From Amoebophrya sp. A120 (lineage: Eukaryota; Protista; Dinoflagellata), in NCBI GenBank assembly GCA_905178155.1, contig CAJINV010000014.1, positions 248,001 to 312,000 of the forward strand: 64,000 bases of DNA, given 5' to 3'. A model generated the notes under the pieces. That model had not been told where the DNA came from, ran no database searches, and saw only the letters and a list, made by a program, of their open reading frames with translations. Numbering within the stretch: the stretch's first letter is position 1; each line of letters starts with the position of its first letter. The position numbers and the translations under genes are program-made. Shown one piece after another: positions 36,301-48,706 of the stretch.

Positions 36301-38704
36301 CACTGACGGCGACGTTGCACTTCTAAATTGTTCAGGCGCCAGTCATTTCTCAACATACTCGCGCTGCCTATCACGATTACATACCGATGAGACGTGCTGG
36401 GGGGGACAACGATAACGCCTTCCTGTTCTTCAGAAGTTAAAGTTTGTGCACTCTGATATGTCTGCATTGAAAACATACTGGCATATCCGTTTGGAATGAG
36501 CCATAGTTTTTGTGTCCTCGTCGGAGGCCAGATGTTTTGCGGACGTACTGCCACAAGCACCAGAACCAGAACCGCCTTGCGGCCCGCCGTTCACGCTGTT
36601 TCTGCTTCCGCCCGTGGCCGTGGTTACGGCCTGATGTGGCTGGTCTTCATCCCTTGTCGTTCTGCGTTCGGTGGTGTTCGTTCCAAGAACGCCCTGCGCC
36701 AGCACTCCCTCAGGCTTTTCTTTTGTCACTACTTTATTTTTACCCTTGTCCGGTCGAGCGGAAAACAGTGACTCCGTCCGCATGACGGCATCCTCTTCGT
36801 GCAGCCTCCCGAAATTGTGCTGCTTTCCCAGCCTTTCCTTGGCGACGCGTAAGATAGCTCCGAAGGATTTGGTCGTGCGGTGCAGGTGCAGCGGTGGGGG
36901 AAGCAAGTAGTTTTTTGGGATCCCAGGACTGCAACCGGTGTAGGTCGTCGTGGGTTTATTTTTCGGTTCGGTCTTGGTCTTGGAGGAATCTTCTACTCGT
37001 TCCGGCACTGCATGATCAGCGTTCTTCTTCGCCACAGCGGCTGCTTTCATCTGACTCGTTGGCTTTTTGTCTTTCCGTCCCGGGTAAACCAACAGAATCC
37101 AGACCTTGTGCAACCATTCCAGGTCGTCGTTCTTGGGCCGCACGATGGGTTTCGTCTTGCCGGAGACACCGGTGTGGCTCCTGGCAGAAATTTTTATGTT
37201 TTCTTGTTCAACCGGGTTCTTTATTGTGGACGTGGAGGGGATGGGGACTCCACCGGTCTTGCAGCTGGATGCCTTTGTACAACTAGAAAACGTGGTCGAA
37301 CAGTCACCAGGAGGTGCACGACCTGTGTTGACTCCGGCGCCAAATACCTTCTCTCTTGCCTCATGCGTCTGGAGCTGAAACCGCAAATAATCGTGTAATG
37401 TTATGGCGTTCTCAACTGTTACACTCTCAACTGTTGCATGGATTTGTCATGCAAAAGCACCATTATCATCCTCACGATCAAGCTGCTCGGCATGACAAAT
37501 CTGCGGAGGGCTAAATAGCACTACCAATAATAGCCGCCTCAGCGGGGGTAGTGAGGTCGTGGCGGTTTTTTTGTTTTCACGCCAAAAAAAGACGCGACTT
37601 ATTTCCTGCCCGCCATGCCGTCGTGAGTAATGTTATGCACGACGGCACGATCGACGGTCCCTAAAAATCTCGCTCCAGAGCTGGCCTCCATTTGGTTTCG
37701 AATCGAAAAACCTTCCCCGCGTGCTATAGCCCCGCCAGGGCGGTGCCCCCGCCAGGGTCGGCCCCTTGGGAGCCCCAAATCGGGCCGATAGCATGCGGAT
37801 TGGCTTTTTGCTTTTGGCGGACTTTGGATTTTTTTTGTTTTTTTTGTCACAATGCCGCATCTTCTGGCCTTCAGTCCGCCTCTGAAATGGCGGATTTTGG
37901 TTGCGTCTTTTGCGGGGCCCGAGTGCGGGCCTAAATGAGGCCCATACCATGCGGATTCGCTGTTTTTTTCGGACTGCTGCTTTTTGGGCGTCCCTTTTTG
38001 GGCGCCCCAAACCACCAGAAACCAAGGCGGTGGGCGCCTCGGAAGGGCGCCCCTTTTGCCGGCTCCCCTGCGTCGTTTTATCCAGTGCGAATCGATAGTT
38101 TTCGACCGGGCTTGTTTGCTATCAAAGCCCCGGCCGCTTGATAATTGGAAATTGTTTATGTGCAAAAACAGTTCCGGCCGCTTGAAAACTACCGGTCGTT
38201 TTGGATAAGAGGTGGCAAAAAAACCGCTAGGATAGAACGTTCGTGACCTCACTACATATAATCCTTCCCAAATGATTATGATCTGTAATGCAAAAGGCGC
38301 AATCTTCCTCCTTTCACTTTTGCCCTTCTTGCATTACAAATCCGTGTAACAGTTGAGAATCAGAATGTAACATTTGAGAACGCCATAAATGTCACCAATC
38401 GAGACACAGAGGCTACAGGAGCACTGCTATATCCTTTTCTTTTAGGTGCCGTCTTGCGGGTCTTGGCCGCCGGCGCAGGAGCAAGAGGAAATGTCTGATT
38501 TTTTTCCAAGGTCGTGTGTCGTGCAGTGGCCGCTCCCTTGACATTTTTCGCACCATGCTGCGCTGCTGGCTGTCGGTGGTCTGCTGGAGAAGCCTCCGCT
38601 TTCGATTTGGCCTTCTTAACGAGGTCATTGGAAAGACGTGGCGCTTTTATTGCGGGGGCCCCTCTCGAAGTACCACAACGGGGGCGCCGGCGCCGACGTG
38701 ACAT
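27310..38704 (-). CDS. TERT: telomerase reverse transcriptase, spliced, with very large low-complexity insertions
   Basis: In order: LVTLHDYL and IGDRLFLHLL...NYLQISG (TEN/GQ), YPLLEECCP (CP), VIQFL (QFP), NFFLVYGE...LYFRKEDW (T), RIRWVPK and GLRPIV (1/2), ADLPKCYDNI (A), GIAQGARASPL (B'), RLVDDFF (C), TWAGI (E), LVLDKRLNS (CTE). Confidence 0.93.
27624..27808. mobile_element. degenerate introner in the TERT CTE
   Basis: TATCC...GGATA ends; similar to 46612; TSD not preserved. Confidence 0.6.
28145..28384. mobile_element. introner in TERT, TATGG family
   Basis: Flanks GCTCA/GTTCA; frame restored. Confidence 0.87.
28942..29222. mobile_element. fold-back MITE with 69-bp TIRs inside a TERT intron
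   Basis: 28942-29010 versus 29154-29222, 1 mismatch; flanks TACGCGGG/TACGCGGC. Confidence 0.88.
32964..33120. mobile_element. introner just after the TERT T motif
   Basis: TSD TGCAC; restores WQILQVQAERAY. Confidence 0.9.
36279..36303. repeat. (CA)n microsatellite in a TERT intron
   Basis: Direct reading. Confidence 0.9.
37402..38387. mobile_element. TATGGCG-family introner enlarged by a ~740-bp GC-rich nested insert; first TERT intron
   Basis: TSD AATGT; removal gives SRLVTLHDYLRF; internal IR GTAGTGAGGTC (37548)/GACCTCACTAC (38245). Confidence 0.88.
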
Positions 38705-39431
38705 CATTTACATAAGCTTGGGATCATCGAAAAGGCTAGAGAGGCTGCTCCTTCTCCTCATTCTCGGTTGCACGCGGGTCATAGAAGAGTCATGCTCTCC
38801 TTAACACCAGGAAGTTTCGTATTCTATAAACCATGTTCAAGATCAAGCTCATGAACCTTGTAAATTCTCTATGATGAATAAAATGTTCGCACCAGCAACA
38901 TCAACACAAATAAAATGTCGAGTCATTTACTAGGCTCTCTCACTACGATGCTGCACCTCCACGTCAATAATTTCATCTGCGGTGAAGATACAGTAAGGAC
39001 AGAATCGTGACTTATGATTTTTTGGCTTTGACTTGTTGTCACAGATTGTTGGTACATGCAGCTTGCACGACAATGACAAACTCAAAAGACCAAGCGCTTC
39101 TATTTCGTTAACACCGGCAAAGATAAATGAAAGCGAAGCTTTAAAACGACGACCACAAAAAAAGCTAGTTGCAACCAATGCCCCTTCTCGCCTTTTGTTC
39201 GCGTTTGACGAACCTTACTGTCGCAGAGGAGAAGCAGAGCCGCACTACAGACGGGCGCGCTGGTCACGTCGACATGAACAGCACGACGTCGAACATGATG
39301 ATCTAGTACCAGGACAGATTTCATCTCGTGTCCTCTGGCTTCGCTGCATAGGCGAAAATAATGGTAGAGATGTCGAGATCTTCGCTTGTTTCACATTTTC
39401 AACAACGAACTTCAATCACGCGCACGTTTTT

Positions 39432-40505
39432 TCACGACATGATCGCTGCCTCTTTTACTTTTGCGCTTTCCTTCTTCAAGAAACCCTCCATTTCGGTTTC
39501 CGCGAAGCCGAAACAGCAGTCGCAGTCAAACGGACACAGCTTCGTTGTCCCCGCACCGGGCTTGTCCCGCTCCCCGATCAGGTGGGCCTTGTAAATCTTC
39601 GTGTTGTCGTTCAGCCGTCGATTGGTCCAGCCATTCTGGTCGTAGATCCCGCCTAGCCCGTCGTTCTTCCAAGACCTGCTTTCCGCTTCGTACCCGAACA
39701 GGTCGGTGGCGCTGCCCGGAGTAGAAGTAGTAGGTGGAGCAGCCGTTCTAGCTTGTCTTTTGCTCTTTTTCGTTGTCGTCGTCGTTATCGTGCTCCCTGA
39801 ATTGGATGTTGCTGGGTTCCTCGTCGACCCGTCGTCCAGTTTTCTCCTCTTGTTCGCACTCGCAAAAATGTCGTCAATGATAAGATTCGAGGGTTTATTT
39901 TCTGCGCCTGCAGGCACTGGTTCTTCTTGACCGTCACGATGTTGATGACCCGACAATCGTGGAGTAGTTCCTCTTGTACTTGTAGAAGATGTTGACCCTC
40001 CTGGTGTTCCTGAAAGGTGCTGCTTGCCTGCGACTGAGCCATCGCTTAGCTTTTTTCGCTTCTGTTTTTTCTTCTTGCTTTTTGATTCCAGTTCCACGTC
40101 GAGAACCCCGCTTGCTTGTCGTTTCTGGGAGCAGGCAACCAGACCCTTTTCTCGTGAAGTAGTTTCTGCAGTCGTGATAGAGATAGTGTTGCTGCTTGTC
40201 GCTAAATCCTCGTCACACTTCTTTGACATCGGCACCGCATCAACGCCATTGATGTTGTGTCCTTTTTTTATCTTCTTTCTCTTCTTTTGGCTTTGCGTCA
40301 TCCCCTCTACGGATGAAACAGACTGCCCAGCTTCTGGTGCGCTACACGACGTCGACTGCCCGTTTCTTGTGGGGCTAGTAGCTTTATTCTCTGCATTGTG
40401 TTTCTTCTTCTTCGCTATTGATGTTCTTGCACCGCCTTGTGCTGTGATTTTTCCGGCCGCAGGTCCGCTTTTCGCACGAACCTGCGAAACCACAGACCGG
40501 AGCAT
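39432..40505 (-). CDS. DUF1764 family protein
   Basis: Lys-rich N-terminus; C-terminal RR..D..KIY...GAGTTKLCPFDCDCCF signature. Confidence 0.85.
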   Translation of the reverse strand: MLRSVVSQVRAKSGPAAGKITAQGGARTSIAKKKKHNAENKATSPTRNGQSTSCSAPEAGQSVSSVEGMTQSQKKRKKIKKGHNINGVDAVPMSKKCDEDLATSSNTISITTAETTSREKGLVACSQKRQASGVLDVELESKSKKKKQKRKKLSDGSVAGKQHLSGTPGGSTSSTSTRGTTPRLSGHQHRDGQEEPVPAGAENKPSNLIIDDIFASANKRRKLDDGSTRNPATSNSGSTITTTTTKKSKRQARTAAPPTTSTPGSATDLFGYEAESRSWKNDGLGGIYDQNGWTNRRLNDNTKIYKAHLIGERDKPGAGTTKLCPFDCDCCFGFAETEMEGFLKKESAKVKEAAIMS

Positions 40506-41348
40506 GATTTTCAGTAATATATATATGCACTAGCTCTGTGCATGTGCAAAACAAGAAATGGATGAAGCACAAGGTACAACACGAGGGGTAGAATTTTGGT
40601 AAAGGAAGTTGTGCGCTTATTTGTATGGTGTCTTCCATAAAATTCGTACAATGTTTTCACCCTGTTTCAAAAAGTATTGGTCAATGGTGATTCATTTTCA
40701 CACATCAATGACTTAGCGCTCAGCGCCAGTTTTTTGGGGTTCGTAGCGGTCAGCATGATGAATACTACTTGTACTTATTCGGCGGGTCGCCGTTGCACTT
40801 CCAGTTGCGCCTACACCTGATCATGACTACGATTAACGGACCACGGGAGCATGCGCGCGGTTGTTTCATTACTTTGGCACGATCTTCCAAATGCGTCATG
40901 TTCCGGAACTATCTTTGCCACTGATTTTTGTGTTCGATATTGCAGCACCAGTGCTAGAATTTCTTGAACTTGATCGTGATCGATTCTCTTCCAGATTTTT
41001 GAACGCTAACGTGATCCACTACGATCCTGCACGACGTTCTCGTGCCACCGGTGAAGAAATTTTGTTCTTGTTCAGATTGCGTGCTCGGTACTGCTTTGGT
41101 GCATCTTCAAGAACAGGACGCCTGACTGTATTCGCATTTAAGCAACTCACTATCTTCTTTGCCTATCAACATCAAGCTTGCAGGAGCGATTCCTATTTCG
41201 ATGTTCTCGTGTAGGACGAGGAAGTGGAAGAGCGAGCCTGCTCAGGGAAGAAAATTTCTATTCTCAGAGAAAACCGGCACATTCTGGTGAATGCGAAATC
41301 AGCAGAATAAGTACTCCAGCAAGTAACAAAATGAATTCCATGCCGTCG

Positions 41349-44300
41349 TCATACCTGCAGGGTGAAAGGGAAAATGAACTTCCCGTTTTTCAGGGTGTGT
41401 TTAATCAGCTGCTGGAATATCTCGGCGAGGCCCTGCTCAACCCCCACCTCGTAGAACCACTTGCGCGTCTGCTTCATGCTTATTCCATTCGAAAACACGA
41501 AGGCTTTGTGAAAGCAGTCGAACTCATCGGTCGGCGTGGTGAAACCGTAGATTTGCTCGCATCATGTGGAAAAAGACTACAACGCGCATTGTGTCGTGTA
41601 CTTAAAAAGACGCCGCAAACTTGTCCTGTAGTTGGCGGACTTAGAAATTTGCACTGCAGCTACGTAAGGGAAAATGTTCCACCGGCCCCAGTTTTCCACA
41701 AATTGAAAAAAAAAAAATTCGCTCCGTCTCCTCCGGTGGTGGCTGACGTTGTGCGCCACCTTGGTCCACTTTCCCAAGTTCCTCGTGGCCGCGCATCCGG
41801 ATTCAATGGCATGCAATGCAAAATCTGAACTAGCTAGCGGCGCACAATAGTAACTAGATTAAGACTAACACTTTGAAAATGCGTTTAGGTTTGTCCTATT
41901 TTCTAAGACAATTCTCTGTAGCCCGGCAGGATGAACCGTCATGGAGGTCAGCAAGGCGGACGCTCCGAGCAGCGGCCAGCGGCGTAGACGTTGTAGTGCG
42001 GATATCTCGCCCCGAAGCGCAGCAGGTATTCTTCGCCGAGGTTCTGGACGGGCCTCTGTGGGACCTTGTGCGGCAAGATCTCCGCATCCGGATCTGGTGG
42101 CGGTCGGGAGGCAGCTAGCAAGCAAGAACAAACGAAGAAACAGCGACGACTGGCGCCATGGCCTTCCTTCTCCGGCCAATGCGCGGCCACTTCGTTGCAT
42201 GTCAGCAGCAGCTACTTACACCCCAAAGCCCAAAAATCAGCAGAATGGAGCGGCAGGAAGATCGTAGTGGGCACGATAGCAAACCAGGGCCCTGCAATAG
42301 CGATCACGATCTCGCAGCCTTCAGGAAATAGAATCGCCTCGCTTGAAATCACAGAGCGACAGGTCTCCGGCAATAGTAGCTACAAAAACCCGGAACGCGG
42401 TCCGCCAAAGTGAGGCCCTTTTGGCCGGGGCCGATACAAGGCTCAACACCAACCACAGCACGAGCTGCAACACCAACAGGCCAGAGGCGTCAAATGTTGC
42501 GCATTTACAAGAAGCACCTTCAGGCCGTGCCAGGTGCCCCCCTGGGAATCACCAAAGAAGCCACCGGCCTGCTAGAAGATAGTCTCCTTGGAAGCACTGC
42601 TTTGCACTTGTCTAGGTTCGTAGCAGCATGAAACTTCTTGCACGCCATATAAAACGGGGGCGCGGCCGCGACAAATTGAGGCGGAGAGACGGAAGCAATT
42701 CGCGCACATTTTGGGCCCGGGGATCAGCGTTCTGGCGTCCCTGAAGCAGGTCGGGGCCCCCTTCTCTTTTGCCCCGGCCGGCTCGTCGTTCGAGTTGGCG
42801 ACGACCTTCCGAAGACCGCCGATCGCGCTGTAGCTGGCTGGTGGGATGAAATTGGGCTCAGCGGCCCATCGGGATCGTCATCCTGAGCAAGCCCGGCCGC
42901 ATCCTGTTGCGCAGCCTGCCCTCCTGGTTGCGCCACCTGCTGCCGCTGCGTGTCGTTCCCGTCGACGCCGATTGCGTCCCCGATGCGAGTCGAACCCACA
43001 ATGGCCTTCGCTATGATTGCCAAACACAGCGCCCGGCTTTTTTTCTGCCACCTTATTGCGCGGCAGCCACCCCATCGCCCAGCCTCCGCGCCGCCGCACA
43101 AGATGGGGGCGGCTGTGTGCGGGCGCATGAAAATGAAGAGGAGTATGACTGCGGCGCGAAAATGCGACAGGGCGGCGGGCGTAGGGGGCGCAGACCCCGG
43201 CCGGCCCGGGCCGGGCGGGGGGCGCAACAATCTGCCGCGCCAGGGTAGCCAGAAGCCGGCGCGCGGCATTTCGGCGCCGGAGGGGCCGGCGCCGAAGGTG
43301 CCCAAAGCGAAAAACCGAGAGGAGCCGGAGGGCCCCCGCCTCGCCAGCCTCACCCGGGGGTCTCGCGATTTTTTTCGTTTCTTGTGGACGTTTTGGAATA
43401 AGGACCTGAGTCGGTCGATTTTGTGGCCATTTTGGACGCCCCGAACCGGGTCGAATTTGCCCAATTTCCTCGTGAGTGTCCAGGGGAGGTCTCCGGGGTC
43501 GCCGGCGACCAACGTTGCCAAGAACTTGAGGCCCCGCCGAGTCGTTTTCTGCGCGCCTTTCGCACGACTTCGGTGCCCGCGTGGTCAGGCAAAGGCCACT
43601 GGGGTCTCGGGCAAGGCGCCCAAAAAAAGGCGCCCGGGGTGGTGGGCCGGCGAAATCATGTGGCGCGGGGCTGCCTGAGGGTTTTGTGTTTTCTATGGTG
43701 CCTAGGTCCAGCGTGGCAATTTTGGAAAAGTGGGGCGCGTGCCTGTCTTGAGTGCGTCTTTTAAGTCTTGCCACCCTCCCTCCCGCGTTATGTCCTGGCG
43801 CCTGTGTGGGAGAATTCCCACCCTTTATACTGCGCAAAAGTGTCTGCCGCTGGGGAGCTCTTTTTAGGCATGTCATGCACAGTCTGCATTGCGGAAAAAT
43901 CTGCCATGCATGTCTTTCGGAGAGGCACATCCCCCGGAGAGCACAAAGTCGGCCCATCTGGGGCGGTAGCGCGGTACCGGGGTGGCACAGGGATTCTCGT
44001 CGGGCGGGGGGCCCTCGGGGGTGGGGTCATTCGGCGTCAGGTGTGGCCAATTTTCTAGCAACAGACACTGTTGCCGTCCTCTTCTCGAGTCGCTTCCCGA
44101 CTCTTTTGCGCGCGTTTTTCCAGTACTGGTAGGTCACCCCATTGCTGAAGTCCCCCTTTCGCATTTTTCTCGCGGCGGCGTGTAGCGTCGTATGCTGTGC
44201 AAAGGTGCTGCGCAGATAAGGCGGCCTGGTTAACGCTCTGCGGCTCAGGAGCCAGCTCTGTGCTACAGCGTGCGTTCTCCTATGGCTGGCCCACCGTGCG

Positions 44301-47300
44301 GAGTCGCTCCCTATACCTGTGCAGCATCTTTGCAAAGCATAGCGCGACACCTTCGAGCTCTTTCTGCAGCGGCTGTTGCTGCGCTGCATCCGCACGAGCT
44401 GCGGAAACGCCCGCGCGATTCCGGTCACCTCCAGAGTGTGTTTCCATTCGGAACTGTTCTGGCCCGTCAGGCCGACACAAATTCAGCGGCCACTCTTTGG
44501 GCCACAGAGTGGCGCACCCGGGGAGGCCTCGCAAGAGATCTTGTCCTGCAGTCCGAGGACATAGGTCCCAAATATGCCCAAGCAGGACAGGGGCTTTTTC
44601 TTTGTTGGTTCTAGGTGCGTCCTGTTGCCTGTTGCCACCGTGAGGAGCATGCTACGAATCGAGCAACACAGGCACTAGTGGTTTGGGCCTTTCAAGTTCA
44701 TCGCCGTCATTGGGTGCAGGGAGATCTACAATTATGGCGACAGTGCTGAGATACTTATCTACCCACAACCAACGGCGAGCCATTGGCAGCAGATCTGCGA
44801 GCATGTTTGCTGTTTCGAGACGCGGCATCGAAACGACCTCGCGACGACGTACTGCAGCAGACGAAGCCGGCAGCCTCCATCCCGCCGGAAAACCTGGGAG
44901 CCGAAACCGGAAGGGTGGAGTGGATCCGGGGCCGGAGGTGCTACGGTGTCGTAGCTCTAAAGCCTTAAAGTTAGCGCATCTATTGTGCGCCACTAGCTAG
45001 TTCAGATTTTGTCTTCCATAAAACAACTCCGAGGCCGCGGAATGGGGGTCGGCCTGGGTTGCCGGAACCGAATGCCGCCCAGCGAGTCCCCTGCTATGCG
45101 ATGCATATGCTAAAAAAAATTTTGCATTTTGTGGAAAACTGGGGCCGGTGGAAAATTTTCCCTAACGTAGCAGCCCATAATAGCGACATTCTATCATCAA
45201 GATGACGAGATCAACATGTTGACAGAAAATTTCGTGCCATGCCTGCTTTCTATCTTGCAGGAAAGGAAATCAGCCTAGGCCTGCGCGGCTAGTCTTTTTC
45301 CAGATCTGATAGCTTGTATCGTTTGTGCACAAAGATAGCGTCGTGGTATTCGAAAAGTACCTTAAAGTGGGTTTTGTATAGAGTCTGTATGACCTCCATC
45401 AAAAAGGTCAGCTCTGTGCTGTGTGGCCGCATTTGATGCAAAAGAAAACTACCCTCTTGACCTGTTTCTTGTCCTGTTACCACGGCTGCAACAACCACGT
45501 ACTGATCTTAGAACGAACAAAAATACTCTTACCAGCTCGTAGTCCCATTTCTTCATGAAGTTCACTGCGTAACTCAGGCTCATGCCCCGGAGCTATCCTG
45601 TGTAAAATCCTTGTCAACATCTCCACCGCTTTCGAACCAAGATTACACGCATGTACGCTATAGAAATCTTATCTACACGACCACAAAAATGCGGTATAGC
45701 AAAAATGCGGTATAGCAAAAATGCGGTTAGTTCTTGAAGAACTTGACACGATTACGACAAGAAGTGAGATAAGATTTTACATCAGGCGTAGTACTGGCCA
45801 GTGTTCCATGCTGGCATTCAGCATCGCGGGCCACAATTTGGGATGGTACAGTGTCGCGTACTGGTAGGGCGGCGGTATCTATAGAATGCAAAAGTATGTC
45901 TGGGTCTGGGACGAGATTCGGATTGCAACGGTTGTAATGCTCTGCTGATAGGACCAGGACAAAAAAATGTGTCATGCATAATGCACTACCACGCTGTAGT
46001 TTTGTTGTGATGCAAAAACGCAGAAGTTTCTCATGCACTTTAATACGCAAAATCCATTCACTCGAAAACTTGTCATGCGAGGACCCAGATATCTTTGCAT
46101 GTAATGCATAGTATCGTGGGATTGATCTCCAGGAAGAAAAATTTCGCGGTGAAATGATTTTCCAGTAAGGCCGTCAACACCGTGCTGTCGTAACTGTCAA
46201 TATCTAATTTTATCAAATCAAAGTGCCGCTGCTGGTTGGCGATCTCGGAGTTTTCCAAGATCAGGTCCACGATGTTCATGGAGGTTATGCAATGTTGCAA
46301 AAGCATTGTACTACGTGTGGAAATTGCATCACAAACTTTTTATATGAAGAAGAAACAAGAAATCGCCATGCAGATTCAGGTAGGAGGGCCTAGATGATTT
46401 GTTATGCAAGTGATTGCGACCACTACGATTCATTACAGCACGAATAGCACGATAATTTTGCACAGGATAGGGGTGACTTCCGCGCAAATCACGCTTTGCG
46501 CCGCGGGGAGGTTCTTCTTGAAATTCTTTCGGGCAATTCTGCACTCCTTTTCGTCCTTTTCAAAGTGAATCCCCTTCGCGGCGAAGGACTTGGCAAAGTC
46601 CACGCAGGGACTATCCTATGTAAAAACGTCCCCGTCCCATAGCTGTAGTGCAAATCTGCATGCTAAAAATATTTCTCACGCGGGTCCCCATCTAGAGAAG
46701 CGCTTATTTCTAGTCGTGTTTCGTAATTTGCAATGCTCCAACTAGCACGACGCGCTTGATCTGTGATGCTGCTGAACTAGCCAAACAGGACTACACACAC
46801 GAGGCCAGACTTGTCTTGCGCAACAGCCAAAGCTTGTTGACTTGTCTAGCAGAATTCCCATCTTGACTAGGGGTGGGGGCGTTTTTACACAGGATAGGGA
46901 TCCTCCACCATGCCGTCCTTTGCGCCAATGTTCAAAAACGTTTTTGTCAAGCCGAACCCGCTTTCTTCCAGCAGATACGCGTGAGGGAGGAAGGACGACA
47001 CATTCAGCTGGAGCGTCTCGTTGGTCGCCGCACGGGTGAACGACTGCGAATTGATGTTGCAATCGCTCGTGCCCACCAGAAATCGCTGCCGGTTCCGCCG
47101 CAGCGTCGTCATCGGGATGTTGACGCTGCCTTCGTTGGTCAACGCTAGGTGGTGCTGGACGGCGTCCACCAGGTCGTCGCCCATGGCGCCGTCTTTCAGG
47201 TTGTTTCACTATGCATTGTAATTCTGTCTGGGTATTTAAAAGCGGAACTTCTCATGCGTGCTGCGCCTTCCTACACGGCCTCCTGTGTTGCATAACCAGG

Positions 47301-47874
47301 GGCGAAACCTTTCTTGTCATGCATCAAGTTTGTACTACGTATAGTAGTAGTACCTATTCATTTATGGCGAAGCGTCATAAAAACTTGTCATGGTCGGCTG
47401 CATGTGGAAGTGATTGAAAAAGTATCCGTACTAGTTCAGTATTTTTACAAGTTTCCAGAGACCGATATATTTCTTTGCGATGCATATGAAAACGGTGAAA
47501 ACCATTTGTCCATCTTCGTTCAGCGAGGCATACTTCAGCGGGTTCACCCAGCCTTGGTACCGGACGGCAGCCACGAAGAAGTTGTAGAGGGAGGCCGGGA
47601 GTAGAAGTAATCTGAAAAGAAGGAACAGCATCAAAGAGCGCTGGGCCGGTGTTGTGCTGTCATGCAGTTTCAGAACTTTCGCTGTGCTCGTTCGGATTGT
47701 TCCACTCGATTTCAAAATCGACCTGGGCAAAAATGAAAGCACGTGTCTACTTGGTACGGCGGACAAGGTACAACTTCTACATTTATTTCCATGGGCCGTG
47801 GGTGATTGCGGTTGCCTCTGCAACGCAGAAGGACCACCAGGAGGGACTCGGGTACTCCGAGCAGACCTGGACAT
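41349..47874 (-). CDS. FkbM-like SAM-dependent methyltransferase-fold protein with N-terminal TM segment, spliced
   Basis: FLNIGAKDG..DP, DLIKLDIDSYD, LEINPTIPPP and GMSLSY...DYEL after introner removal; last exon ~41349-41550. Confidence 0.7.
41661..45169. mobile_element. 3.5-kb non-autonomous DNA transposon with bipartite TIRs and 5-bp TSD
   Basis: TSD GCAGC (41656-41660, 45170-45174); outer IR 41661-41702/45128-45169; inner IR 41819-41850/44980-45011; ends TACGT...ACGTA. Confidence 0.93.
45684..45727. repeat. 16-bp tandem repeat CAAAAATGCGGTATAG, ~2.8 copies
   Basis: Direct reading. Confidence 0.9.
45880..46110. mobile_element. introner
   Basis: TSD GTATC; restores EINPTIPPP. Confidence 0.88.
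46286..46469. mobile_element. introner
   Basis: Flanks GAGGT/GGGGT; frame restored. Confidence 0.8.
46612..46896. mobile_element. introner, TATCCTGTGTAAAAACG family
   Basis: IR; flanks GGGAC/GGGAT. Confidence 0.85.
47210..47486. mobile_element. old introner
   Basis: TATGCA...TGCATA; TSD decayed but the element+5 rule restores frame. Confidence 0.72.
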
Positions 47875-48135
47875 CTTTTTCTTTGTCGACGTCAGAAGAG
47901 GAAATTCCACACAAAAAAAGAACGGTACGAAACTAGACGAGCGCCACTCAGCACAACTCTTGAGCACCAGTGCAGCAATACCAGGTCTTTCTCAATAAAG
48001 TATACATTTACGTTCCATATTCCCTAGAAAATCGACGACCCAGCGAGCAGGATCATCTATTGTAAGATGTGAAGGTGGTCTATGTGCGCAGCTGCGCCGG
48101 CCTTCACGACCAGAGAGGGGAACGTGTGCTGTCCT

Positions 48136-48540
48136 CGATTGCGATAAACATAAATCAATATTACGAGAACCACGACAAAAGAAAGCGGAAGGTCCTGGAT
48201 CAATGAAAAAAATCAAAAAGCTCGCCTCTCAAAAGAAAAAAAATGATCCTGCGTAGTTTGGCAGATCTTGTTAAGTATCCACCCTCAACAGGAGCCGAGA
48301 CGATGCTACAGCACCATGGATCTTCTGACAAATGTGGTCGGGAACAAACAAGTTATGATCGCTGTACCGATGCGATCGCCTTCCTCGAGTGATCTCAGCG
48401 TCGACCGGCAAGCGTAAGCCTTGGAATTCAGAAGGCGAACCGTTTCCATTCGACCGTTCTTGTAAAGCAGCACCACGAATAAAATTTTGAATGCGTTCTT
48501 TTTCCTCTTGACATCTCGACGCCAAAGGTAAATTGCTACC
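48136..48540. repeat. dispersed direct repeat, copy 1
   Basis: Colinear with 52669-52938. Confidence 0.8.
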
Positions 48541-48706
48541 GGCGATGCCAGCACGCTCACGACATATTCGCATCATCCTCGCTCCAAAGAAAACCTCCCC
48601 AAAATTATACGTACCATCTTATTCTGAAGCAAAACCGACCAAAATCGGTACTATCAGCAAAACGGCGGCAAAAATAAAGGTTTTTTCGTCCCGATGATGG
48701 ACGATC

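Noticed and set aside
33546-37398. Plus-strand ORFs over TERT and other genes
   Set aside because: Antisense shadows of real coding exons.
42724-44643. Long overlapping ORFs in the 3.5-kb element (also 37599-38252)
   Set aside because: Arg/Pro/Gly-rich frames open on both strands are expected from GC-rich DNA; no domain recognised.
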